From: an uncultured beta proteobacterium
Lineage (GTDB): Bacteria; Pseudomonadota; Gammaproteobacteria; Burkholderiales; Casimicrobiaceae
Direction of reading: 5' to 3'
Assembly (NCBI GenBank): GCA_903912485.1
Contig: CAIWHR010000076.1
Location: forward strand, 1-58,979
Length of the DNA: 58,979 bases
The translations under genes and the position numbers were made by a program. This document shows, piece after piece, positions 44,116 to 53,474 of this stretch. The stretch's first letter is position 1, and each line of letters begins with the position of its first letter. The notes below the pieces were generated by a model. That model made no database searches and was not told where the DNA came from. It was given only the letters and a program-made list of their open reading frames with translations.

Positions 44116-47100
44116 TCACGACCACCACCCCCGTGTTGCCAACCGACATCTGGGCCGGATGGGGTCATCTGGATGGCCTCTCGGACATGTTTGGCGCGAT
44201 GACCCAATACGACGAGGCATGGCTCGTGCCGCGTCTACTTTCCGACAAGGCCAGGGCGATCCTGGCCATGGTTGCAAAGACTGCTCCGGAGTTACTTCCG
44301 GTCCGCTTGAGGGGGGGCATCGTAGCCACCGAGACGTTCAGGGCATGGTTGCGGGAAATTGGAGGTCTCATCGAAAGCGCTGAAGAGCGGTTCTGGTACC
44401 AGCGCCGATTTCTCGAGGTGATCGATGCTGGTAACCGTACGGGCCGTTTCCAGATTCCGATTCGCCAGATTCCGCTGCCGCCGATTCCAGACCCGGCTTC
44501 TCCGTTCCAGCAAGTTCGGTTCGAGGCAATGGCCGAATTGCGGCTGCTGCAGTCTGGGTTCGTTGCCTCGCTGGGCAGCGCGACCAAACTGACCGACGAA
44601 GCCCGTTGGGGCCGGGTCATGCTGAGCGCCGTACTGTTCGGTGGCCTCCCACGGGCGCGCTGGCTGATGGCGTTACCCGAGGCGCTGGCGAACAAAGCTG
44701 ACGCCGAACTGCGCTGGCTAGACCTCGTCATCGAGGTCGTAGACCGCCCAGATCGACGCACCAGACGGGTTAGCGATGAGGTCACAGGTTTGGGTGATAC
44801 CACTACCCGCGCCGCTCCGGGTCCCGATCCAGTGCCGCCACTAGTTGCGGACGACTCGGCGGCGACGACGAGCACCCTGGCGGCTACCACGTCGACGAAC
44901 GAATCGGATGCCACTTCAGCCAAAGCGCCGATCCGGGTCTTGCGACGCTGGTTTCCCGATCCGTTGACTCGACTTCTCCTGCGCGAGTTCCAGTGCTCCC
45001 CGGCCAATGCGCCATCGGTAACAGGTGGCACGGATTCCGTTGCCGTCCGGCGGCTCATGAAGGCGTACCTTGTTGCCTGCGATCTCGACGATCATCTTCC
45101 GAGGAGCTTCCGGTCGCTGTCGGACGCAGTCAAGACGCGTCTACACCTTCACCTCCCGCCTTACCTCGTCGAGTATGCGTTCGAGAACTTCGAGAGCACC
45201 TCGCTGGCACCGCATGCGTGGATGAGGCTTGTGAACCCGCCTGAGAGGGTCACCGTCGAGTTGCCGCCGCGCTCGCGTGAGCAACATGCGATGGCCCAGC
45301 TCGGTCCGCCGGCCGAGTCCCGGGATGAGGCGGGTGCCATGGACGGGGCAACGCCTGGCGCCGGCCATGGGGAAGCAGGAGAGGATACGGACGATCCGCT
45401 GCCGCCACAGGAGGCAGAGTTGTGGCCGGCGCAGTTGCTTGAACTTCGCCGGATCGTACGGGGCGACTTCGAGACAGCCTCCGACCGGATAAAGTCATGG
45501 CTTGCCGCGCAAGGCCCCGACCTCCTCCCCAGCGTCAAATGGATCGCCCGCTGGGTCTCCGAGTACCTACTGAAACCCGGTGCCCACAGACACGCGAAAA
45601 GACCCCGCACCGTCTATCAGTTCCTGCGCACCGCCGGAGTGGAGCTCACCGCACATCTCGGTCCTGCCGACCCCACGCGATTAGGCGACGAGGACGAATA
45701 TGCGGACCTCTACGAGGAGGTATTGGAAGAAGCTGGCAACATCAGCACTCGCCGCGTCATGGCCAACGCGCTTCGCTCGTTCCACGCGTTCCTGATGATC
45801 GCAACTCCCGAAATATTGTCGAAGGAGAAGACCGACGCACCATCGGTGGTAAAGGCCGACGATACATCGGTTAAGAAGAGCGGCGCCGGTTCAAAGGAAA
45901 AGATGGACATCCCGTCGGTTGAGGAAACCGGGGTCTTTGTCGTTAGTGGCCGCGGTGGCAGCCGAGTTGATGCCAACGTGATCGGCATCGCTACGTACAA
46001 ACTCGCTATCAATGAACTTCGGAGCACCAACCAGTCCCGCTTGGACCAGGCTGTGCTCGAGGCGCTCTGTCGGGTGGCGGGACTTGGCTTCTTCGCGTCA
46101 TTGCGCCGGTCAGAAGCAATCGGGTTGACTCTCGATGACGTTCTCATTGGTGGGGACGAGGTCTTTATTGACGTTCGTCCCAATCCGTTCCGCTTGCTCA
46201 AGACCAACAATGCACGGCGCCGTCTTCCGCTGCACATCCTCATGCCCGCGGATGAACTGAAGGATTTCCGGCTTTGGGTCGAGAGCCGGCGTGAACAGGA
46301 AGGAGATGGTTCGCGTCCGATCTTTCCCATGTTCACCCGACCGAAGGGCGTACGCGACACCGATCCCCGCTTGGCGTTCATCGTCGCTGCGCTACAAGCA
46401 GCAACTGGCGACCCCTTCTTTCGTTTCCATCACCTACGCCACTCCTTCTCGACTTGGCAGGTCGTTCAATTCTGGGTCGCTGAACAACGGGCACTGCATG
46501 CAGCCATCCCGGATTGGTTCCTCTACACTGAAGACGACTTGGAACGTTGGACGAAGGCCAAGCCCCTGCGCGACCGCATTCTCGGATCAACGCACACGAA
46601 TCGCCGGGCGCTCTTGCAGGTCAGCCACTTCATGGGGCATGGCAGCGCCGACATCACCTTGGGTTCCTACGTCCACCTGCTCGACTTCCTGCTTGGGCGA
46701 GCCGTGCGGCGTGTCGCGCCGCGAATCGAACTTTCCGCGCTCGCGGTCTTGACCGGCCAGACAGAAGCGGCACTCAAACGCCTACTGGCGCAGCACGCTT
46801 CAACATCGACGGCGGCAACCGACGATCCTGAAGCCAATTGGCTCGATGCGGTGTTCATCGGTCCCCGCGGGCCCGGGCGGCCCCATGGGAAGAGGCAACC
46901 CTTGCCCAAGGTGAGTTTCGAGCAACCCCCAAGACTGCACCTGCCAAGCGACCCGTACGCGCGAATGATGCAACAGATGGACGCGGCCAATGCGTTGCGC
47001 GCCTCCCCGACAGGCAATGCGGCGGTCGTCGCCGGCCGCTACGGCGTCCGCGCCGTCACTGCGGCGACCGCAGCCAAGACGCTGAAAAAGCTGCCGCTCG

Positions 47101-47747
47101 GGATTGCGGCCAACTTTCTGGTCCAGCAAGAACCTAACAAAGGTCCTAATGCTCTGCAGGGGATGTCTTCCGGCGGGCAGTTCGCCCCCCCGCGCGGACC
47201 GGCCCAGGAGTGGTTGGCCCGGAAGACGCTTGCCGGTATCGAGCGGGGGAGGCGGGCGGCCGTAGCCCGAAGAATGTCGGCGCGCGCAATGACGGATCGA
47301 ATTCGCAAGACCTTGACCCGGTTCGTGGCCGCTTGGATTCCGGACACCTATCTCGCCGCCCAGTACTTCGAAACTCGTCACGCCTCCGACTGGCTGTGGC
47401 TGCTCGACCAGGTCGAACTTAAGCCAGGCTGCACTCTCGCAGCGCTAATGACGATCAGCCACGTCGCCGGAAAGGGGACCGGTGTGCCGAAGGTTCCCGA
47501 CCAGCGCATCTATTGGCAGGGGAAGCTTTCACGTGGGGTCAGCGCGGCAACAGATCCGGTTATCCTGGCTGCGCATCAAAACCCTTACTATCACGGCAAG
47601 GTGATCATCGACCTCGACCGCGACCGATTGGGACAGATGGCCAATCCGCTGCGGCGCAACGCCAACTTCATTGGAGTGCGGTTGGCGCTGGTAGCCGCGC
47701 TCTGCCTGCCCATCGCGTGGTCAGCAAAGGTACGTATCCCCCGGTAA
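44112..47747 (+). CDS. giant tyrosine recombinase-like protein (1211 aa; catalytic domain central)
   Basis: GTG overlaps the previous stop (GTGA). FFASLRRSEAIGLTLDDV (Arg I), LLKTNNARRRLPL (Lys), FRFHHLRHSFSTW (HxxR), FMGHGSADITLGSYVH (His + Tyr). About 640 aa N-terminal and about 330 aa C-terminal are unassigned. Confidence 0.8.
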   Translation: MITTTTPVLPTDIWAGWGHLDGLSDMFGAMTQYDEAWLVPRLLSDKARAILAMVAKTAPELLPVRLRGGIVATETFRAWLREIGGLIESAEERFWYQRRFLEVIDAGNRTGRFQIPIRQIPLPPIPDPASPFQQVRFEAMAELRLLQSGFVASLGSATKLTDEARWGRVMLSAVLFGGLPRARWLMALPEALANKADAELRWLDLVIEVVDRPDRRTRRVSDEVTGLGDTTTRAAPGPDPVPPLVADDSAATTSTLAATTSTNESDATSAKAPIRVLRRWFPDPLTRLLLREFQCSPANAPSVTGGTDSVAVRRLMKAYLVACDLDDHLPRSFRSLSDAVKTRLHLHLPPYLVEYAFENFESTSLAPHAWMRLVNPPERVTVELPPRSREQHAMAQLGPPAESRDEAGAMDGATPGAGHGEAGEDTDDPLPPQEAELWPAQLLELRRIVRGDFETASDRIKSWLAAQGPDLLPSVKWIARWVSEYLLKPGAHRHAKRPRTVYQFLRTAGVELTAHLGPADPTRLGDEDEYADLYEEVLEEAGNISTRRVMANALRSFHAFLMIATPEILSKEKTDAPSVVKADDTSVKKSGAGSKEKMDIPSVEETGVFVVSGRGGSRVDANVIGIATYKLAINELRSTNQSRLDQAVLEALCRVAGLGFFASLRRSEAIGLTLDDVLIGGDEVFIDVRPNPFRLLKTNNARRRLPLHILMPADELKDFRLWVESRREQEGDGSRPIFPMFTRPKGVRDTDPRLAFIVAALQAATGDPFFRFHHLRHSFSTWQVVQFWVAEQRALHAAIPDWFLYTEDDLERWTKAKPLRDRILGSTHTNRRALLQVSHFMGHGSADITLGSYVHLLDFLLGRAVRRVAPRIELSALAVLTGQTEAALKRLLAQHASTSTAATDDPEANWLDAVFIGPRGPGRPHGKRQPLPKVSFEQPPRLHLPSDPYARMMQQMDAANALRASPTGNAAVVAGRYGVRAVTAATAAKTLKKLPLGIAANFLVQQEPNKGPNALQGMSSGGQFAPPRGPAQEWLARKTLAGIERGRRAAVARRMSARAMTDRIRKTLTRFVAAWIPDTYLAAQYFETRHASDWLWLLDQVELKPGCTLAALMTISHVAGKGTGVPKVPDQRIYWQGKLSRGVSAATDPVILAAHQNPYYHGKVIIDLDRDRLGQMANPLRRNANFIGVRLALVAALCLPIAWSAKVRIPR

Positions 47748-48040
47748 AGCCCTCTGGCATTAAATGGTGAGCCGCTCAAGGCAGCAGGTTACGGCCGCTG
47801 ACGCGGCCTTCGTACTGGAGCCTAATCGGCGGCAGAGCAGGCCCCGTAAAGTCGGACAGGCAGATAAGTGTTGGCTCTGCTCTAAATTACCTGTACTGAG
47901 TGCTATACGACTTGTGCTCGCGATATGTTATGTCTTTCCCCAACAACAAGCCGTTGCCTAGCGACGTAACTGCATCGCACTACCGTCGATCCCAGCGAGC
48001 TGCGCCTCTCATACCACACCTGACAGAATGCCTTCAACAT

Positions 48041-49315
48041 TCAAATTGCATCGGGCGGTGTATCGCGGAAAAATGATGGCGGAAGGATCGCTTGATCAAG
48101 CATATCGATGCTCCGAGGCTCCACACCGCGGTCCGCAAAAAATCCGCGCCAGGTGCGCACGATCACCAACATATCGGTGACCAACGCCAGCGCTTCATCC
48201 TTGGTCAATCCGAACGTCTCGCACTGCGAGAAGATGTTGTAGAGGCTGGCAGCGCGCCCGAAGCGGCCAACCTCCAACGCGAGATCCCGGCGCTCGACCG
48301 AAAGCATCGGCACGGGCAGGATGTCATAGGCAGGCGAGAGCCTCCATCCGCCGCGAGTATGCACGAGCGCGTGGTTGCGGGGGTGATCGTCGTTGTTCGT
48401 GACCATCGCATTGAAGACCATGCGCCGAAAGAGCTCACGTCGGTCGTCCCCGCTCTTGACCGACCACCGACGCAACTCGTCAGCCAGCAACGGGTAGGAC
48501 CAGCGGTCGCGGCCAAGGTAACCGTCCTCGGCATCGAGGACGGTTAACCCGGAAACGAATCCATGGCGCCAATAGGCATGAGCGTCCGGATTCCATTCGC
48601 GGTCAAAGCGGCTAAGCAGCAGGGTGTCCCGCGCGCCGACGCGTTCGAGACGAGTCCCACATACTCGCAGCCCTGCGGTACGCGCGAGTTCTAGCGTCGC
48701 GTATTCGATCCGCTGCAGGTTATGCCGGTCACCCTTCTCGGGCAGCTTCGCCAACCAGATCGAATGCTCATCCTCCACCGTCACCTTAGGGCGGGCGCCA
48801 CCCATGCTGGTCCCGGGCTCCAGTTCCTCGAGCATCTCGTGTGGCAGCCGACCGTGTTCCTCGAGCGTCTCGGCCGCAGCAATCAGGTCCGCCAGCTGGT
48901 GCGTGCGGTTGAACGGCCGTCGGGGCGCCGGGGGAATCACGGTCCGCCCAAAACTCAGGTTGCCGGCACAATCATCAGGACCGTTCAGCAGGTAATCCAT
49001 TTCCCGGATGTCCGCCTCCGACCGTTGGAGCTTGGCCTGAATGACGCGACGACCCCAAGCATCCGGGCTCGCGTCGCGAACGGCACCCGGAATGCCTTTG
49101 AGCTTGGTGAACTTCTGCGGCCGTTCCGAAAGCGGAATGTGGAATGGGTCCAACGCGACGACGTTGTGGCGCGCCAGGTATTTCCGGCCATAGGTGAAGG
49201 TGCCTTCGAAGCTTCCTGCACCGACGCCACGAACCTTCAGCGACGCGCAGGGGACCGTCTCCACGGTTCCGGGCAACTGGATGTAGACGTAGCAGAGTTG
49301 CTCGTCGAGGGCCAC
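48041..49315 (-). CDS. hipA: HipA-family serine/threonine kinase toxin
   Basis: DASPDAWGRRVI, SMGGARPKVTV and NNDDHPRNHAL motifs. 424 aa. Sits 3 nt downstream of the HTH gene. Confidence 0.9.
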   Translation of the reverse strand: MALDEQLCYVYIQLPGTVETVPCASLKVRGVGAGSFEGTFTYGRKYLARHNVVALDPFHIPLSERPQKFTKLKGIPGAVRDASPDAWGRRVIQAKLQRSEADIREMDYLLNGPDDCAGNLSFGRTVIPPAPRRPFNRTHQLADLIAAAETLEEHGRLPHEMLEELEPGTSMGGARPKVTVEDEHSIWLAKLPEKGDRHNLQRIEYATLELARTAGLRVCGTRLERVGARDTLLLSRFDREWNPDAHAYWRHGFVSGLTVLDAEDGYLGRDRWSYPLLADELRRWSVKSGDDRRELFRRMVFNAMVTNNDDHPRNHALVHTRGGWRLSPAYDILPVPMLSVERRDLALEVGRFGRAASLYNIFSQCETFGLTKDEALALVTDMLVIVRTWRGFFADRGVEPRSIDMLDQAILPPSFFRDTPPDAI

Positions 49316-49318
49316 GGG

Positions 49319-49660
49319 TCAGAAGTCGTTGACGTTGGCGACCGTGTGGCGAACGCGCTTGGGTCGGCGCGCGGCCTCGAGAACCTTGCCGTGCTCATCG
49401 GCATCCGGATCAGCGAGGCCAGCCGCGGTGCCCAGCAAGCCGAGCTTCCACAGAACCGCGAAGACCGTCGCGACGGTCGTCCCGGGCGCGCCCTTCTCGA
49501 TCGCGTACAGCGTCTTGCGGGTGATGTTGCAAGCCTCGGCGAGGTCCTGCTGGCTCATCCGACGGCGAATGCGGGCAAGCCGGATGTTTTCCCCGAGCCG
49601 GCTTGCCGACGCGGTCACCTCGAGCGGTAGCGTTGCCACAGAACGCAATTTAATACTCAC
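49319..49660 (-). CDS. hipB: HipB-like XRE-family HTH antitoxin
   Basis: LGENIRLARIRRRMSQQDLAEACNITRKTLYAIEKG is an XRE HTH. Lies immediately upstream of hipA. Confidence 0.8.
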   Translation of the reverse strand: MSIKLRSVATLPLEVTASASRLGENIRLARIRRRMSQQDLAEACNITRKTLYAIEKGAPGTTVATVFAVLWKLGLLGTAAGLADPDADEHGKVLEAARRPKRVRHTVANVNDF

Positions 49661-49726
49661 AACGTTTTATAATGGGTAATAGAATATACTATGTTTGCAA
49701 TTCAAGTCAAGATTTTCCAGGTCATT

Positions 49727-49746
49727 ATGGGTATTATGATACCCAT
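49727..49746. promoter_or_regulatory. palindromic candidate HipB operator
   Basis: ATGGGTAT-TATG-ATACCCAT, 67 nt upstream of hipB in an AT-rich tract. An extra half-site ATGGGTA lies near 49671. Confidence 0.45.
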
Positions 49747-50360
49747 ACCAGTGCAATTCGACCATTGTTCTACCCGTATTTCTGTCCTGCACGACCCTCA
49801 CTTACGCTATCCGAGCCTGACCGCTATCGGCCGCGCCCAGCGCCACGCCGGAAGGCTGAAATCCGCCAGCTAGTGGCGCCCGACACCGCGAGACATACGG
49901 CACCACCCGCCCGACTCGTTGATTCGTGACATCCACGGGTGCGGTCCCACCAGCGCGTTGCCGCCGCCCCAAGTCGCCTTTCCCGCCCAGCACCCGGCTG
50001 GACGCGATGCGCATCTTCGTTTGGGTAATGCTTTTCTTGCTAGACTCAAATGGCAATGACAACGAGTGCTGCAATCCGAGTTCCTTCGAAACCTGCAGCC
50101 GGCCAGGCCGACGCAACGTCGCGCCTATTGGCAATGGTGGGCATCAGCCCACGTGAAGCACCCTGGCCAAGCGCCAGGGGAGCGGTTGGGGGTAGCTTCG
50201 CTTTCCCCGGGGCCGCTCACTTCGCCCGATCCGTCGCGCGCATCAAGGGCAGGGATACGCTCGCCCGATGTGTGCATAACGTCGTCTTCTCGCTTGGCCG
50301 TTCTGGCGAGATCACCTTCGTTCGGGTCGGATCTCGCCAAGCATCGCCCGGAGTCATTGC

Positions 50361-51608
50361 ATGTCCGTACCCACTTCGTTCCCCCAGCAGCTTGGTGCCG
50401 CCCAGGGCATAAACGACCTGTACCCGGCCGACTCGATTCTCGAGCAGATCGTCGAGCTCGCGCGGCGCAATACGGACCTCCCGCCCTCGGCAGTCCTTTC
50501 AGCCGCTTACTCCCACCTAAGCGCGGCATTCGTCAGGGCCGGGTTCACGCTATCACACGGCTCCACCCGGTCGATCTCGCCGAACCTGTACATCCTCGGC
50601 GTTGGTCAATCAGGGTTCGATTTCGAGTCGGCCCTCCAAGACGTTGTTCAAGTGATCCTCGCATCCTCGAAGGTGCATTCGTCCCCGGCAGCTCTGACAT
50701 CCGGCGCGCTTTTCGCGATTTGTGATCACGGCAAGTTCCTGACCGGTGCCGATTCCGGGGCAGCATCGCCATCCGAATTGCAAGCACGCTGTACGGCATA
50801 CCTGATTGCGATGAATAGTGGCGAGTGGCTGCGACATTTGCACTCCACTACCGGCTCCGAAACGCTGCGGGATTACCTCATCCGTGGCTACGGCGGCGGC
50901 ATCTTCATCCAAGTGAAGGGAACGAAGTTGAAGGAGACGGCGCCGGTCCACCTCGTCGTCTTTACGTCATCGCAACAGACGCAATTCTTCACTGCTCTCG
51001 GCGATCATTTCTACACGAGCAGCCTACTCAGGAAGTTCGCCCTCGTGATCGCGGACGACAAGCCGATCCGCAGCCAAGCATTTCCAAGTAGTGACGGCTT
51101 CAAGGACGCGGCGCGACGTTGGGCCTCGGACTGGCAAGAGATCCTTGCAGGTCCGCAAAGCTATCGCTTCGCGCCCGAGGCGGTGGATATGCTGGAACGG
51201 TGGTGGGCCAAACGCATCGGACAGGCCGGTCCGGCCGATGGTTCGCTGCGCCACTATGCCGAACTCGTGCAGAAGTACGGTCTCATCTTGCAAGCGCTTA
51301 TCGAGCCAACCGGTACCGTCGGCCCGGAGGCGGTCACGATCGCAATTTCCGTCGCCGAGCGCCACCTCCATGACCTCCACGTGGCCCAGACGGAACTGGC
51401 AAACGAGTGCGAGGAGCAGCGACTGATGCGGAAGGTCGAGGAGCACATGAAGAAGCATCTCCACGCGACCCGCGGAGATATCATGCGCCAGCTGCGGGGA
51501 GTGAAGACAGCAGTAAAGATGAATGCGGCTCTCGAGGCAATAATGGAGATGAGCACCAATGACGAATTACGTGACCGTGCTCGTGAACTTCGCGCGGCAG
51601 CGCGTTAG
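50361..51608 (+). CDS. hypothetical protein, possibly DUF3987/YfjI-like with degenerate P-loop
   Basis: 415-aa ORF. LYILGVGQSGFDFES sits where a Walker A would be but lacks the Lys. Helical C-terminus. Family call is weak. Confidence 0.55.
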   Translation: MSVPTSFPQQLGAAQGINDLYPADSILEQIVELARRNTDLPPSAVLSAAYSHLSAAFVRAGFTLSHGSTRSISPNLYILGVGQSGFDFESALQDVVQVILASSKVHSSPAALTSGALFAICDHGKFLTGADSGAASPSELQARCTAYLIAMNSGEWLRHLHSTTGSETLRDYLIRGYGGGIFIQVKGTKLKETAPVHLVVFTSSQQTQFFTALGDHFYTSSLLRKFALVIADDKPIRSQAFPSSDGFKDAARRWASDWQEILAGPQSYRFAPEAVDMLERWWAKRIGQAGPADGSLRHYAELVQKYGLILQALIEPTGTVGPEAVTIAISVAERHLHDLHVAQTELANECEEQRLMRKVEEHMKKHLHATRGDIMRQLRGVKTAVKMNAALEAIMEMSTNDELRDRARELRAAAR

Positions 51609-51650
51609 TCATGAACAGGTTCAGGGCCGCGTAGCTGGGCACCTCGATGG

Positions 51651-51691
51651 CTGTTGGACGCTTGTTGGACGCTTGTTGAACGGTTGTTGGA
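51651..51691. repeat. iteron-like tandem 11-bp repeats (TGTTGGACGCT x4, imperfect)
   Basis: Read directly: tgttggacgct tgttggacgct tgttgaacggt tgttggaca. A fifth copy, atgttggacgg, is at 51738-51748. Confidence 0.65.
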
Positions 51692-51852
51692 CAGAGCCAG
51701 CTGGTGTAATCCCTTTGAATTGTTGCGCATTTTCAAAGATGTTGGACGGATTGCCGCTAGCGTAGCGCGTTCGTCACAAGACCACGGTAGACGATCTCGT
51801 CGCTACGAATGTTGATTGGCCCACCGCATATCGTTAAAGTATCCATCTAGCA

Positions 51853-51883
51853 GGAAAATAAAAATCCTCCGACCTTACGGAGG
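51853..51883 (-). terminator. orphan Rho-independent terminator-like hairpin
   Basis: On the minus strand: CCTCCG-TAAGGT-CGGAGG followed by ATTTTTATTTT. No convincing minus-strand CDS ends here. Confidence 0.35.
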
Positions 51884-52169
51884 TGATCCGCCGTCCCGCG
51901 GCGATCCCCTATGAAGCCGGCATATGGTGGCCGGTATCGGCTCTCGGGCCGGCGCGATTCGGCACAGCGAAGCGGAACCACTCCCGCCGCCGAGAACGCA
52001 ATAATCATTGCTCTGTCCAGCATGGGTTGGAAGATTTCGGTATTGACTCTACTTCTGAATGCCCGCACGAGTTCACCACGCCGAACTGGCTGCGGCGGCG
52101 CTTGCGGGACTTCCACGTCGCTTGCTGGCTCCAGGGTGCTACGCAAACACAAAGCGGAGATCGCGAACA

Positions 52170-52439
52170 ATGAAGACGCTCAACATTTACGGGGAACGTA
52201 CCGTTGTCGAGAACCTCGGATTGCTGCTGCGACAGGTGTTGCCGACTGAGCAGCATGGTGGCGTTGGAAAGCTAATTGGCCGGTTGGCAATGTCGCTTCA
52301 CGTCGCCGATTTCCTATCAACGCCTTGGAACGCTCTCACTGTCGACGAGCGTAGTGAAATCCTCCGCGAAACCCATCTGGCGGCCGAAGCGGCGATGGCC
52401 TTGGCTAGTCGGAGACAGGAATGCAGCGAGAAACAATGA
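52170..52439 (+). CDS. small hypothetical protein (89 aa)
   Basis: ATG with GGAGA 10 nt upstream (MKTLNIYGERTV..). No motif recognised. Confidence 0.4.
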   Translation: MKTLNIYGERTVVENLGLLLRQVLPTEQHGGVGKLIGRLAMSLHVADFLSTPWNALTVDERSEILRETHLAAEAAMALASRRQECSEKQ

Positions 52440-52632
52440 TGGTCGGCTGCATCAAAGGTGCGAAAGTAAACGTGGTCAATACTGGACAAGACTCACCGGG
52501 CGCGTCGTCGCCCACCAGCAGCGGTCCCGACGGGAAGCCGTTGAGACCGATACGCGGTGCCGGACTATCAACGCGCGCTGGGCCAAGCGTTCATCGCCGG
52601 GAGCCAATTCAAGGTTTCGCTGAGGATCGAGC

Positions 52633-53046
52633 GTGACAGGCGAAGGCGACGATATCCCCGCAGACGTGCGAGTCTGGATCACGGCGTTCCAGAGTGACGC
52701 TCCCCTGTACAAGTCGTTTCCCTTGATCCTTCCCAATGGCGGACGCGTGACCAAGTTCAATGGCGTGTGCTCGGCCTGCGAACAGCTCATCGACCCGGAG
52801 ATGGTGCGCGGCCGTGTCATGTGGTCGCTGCCCACCGTCGCTACGGTCGAGGGTAACGGCTACTGCATGGCCTGCAAGAGCATCACCCACCTGCACTGCC
52901 GATTCCGTGCCCACGGTACGACGTACAAGGTCGAGTGGCCCGGTGTGGACGGCAGATGGCACGCAAGGATTGCTGCACCGCTATCGCCATGGCGGTTGCT
53001 GGTGCAGCGCGTCGAGCGGCTCTTTCGCTCGATCTCCAGCGTTTGA
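52633..53046 (+). CDS. hypothetical Cys-rich (CxxC..CxxC) protein
   Basis: GTG start; 137 aa. CSACEQL and CMACKS pairs suggest a zinc ribbon. Confidence 0.4.
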   Translation: MTGEGDDIPADVRVWITAFQSDAPLYKSFPLILPNGGRVTKFNGVCSACEQLIDPEMVRGRVMWSLPTVATVEGNGYCMACKSITHLHCRFRAHGTTYKVEWPGVDGRWHARIAAPLSPWRLLVQRVERLFRSISSV

Positions 53047-53458
53047 GAGCTTTTCGCCAGAACGACGTGGGTTCCTATGGCCAGTTTTCCTTCCCCCGAA
53101 GATCCCGGCGGCGGACGCGATCCTCACCGCCCAACTTCGCGACCGCGTCAATGTGGCCGCGGCCGACGCGCGTAAGCCACAAAGAAATGCTACCGGGCGC
53201 TCGGGAAGCAGTGCGACTTGTGCCACGTTTACCGCGACCAAGATCGGTACGCCTGGTCTGTACAATTCGCTGCTCAGGCCATTTGTGAGGTTCAGCGCGG
53301 CGCCCTTACCCAGCATTGCGGCGAGACCGGGCGCAAGGCGCCGCGCGGCGTGGGTCTCGTGTCATCAATTGATGTTGACCGGTGCCGACCGGGCGTTGGC
53401 TTGAGACCGCAAGAGTCCCACACCACGATCGGCTGAGCTGGAGCGTTCGATCCATCGA

Positions 53459-53474
53459 GGTGATCCACTACTAC
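53459..53474. repeat. left copy of the 16-bp target-site duplication GGTGATCCACTACTAC
   Basis: Identical 16-mer at 54860-54875, directly abutting the IS inverted repeats. The exact length is uncertain by 1-3 bp. Confidence 0.75.
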
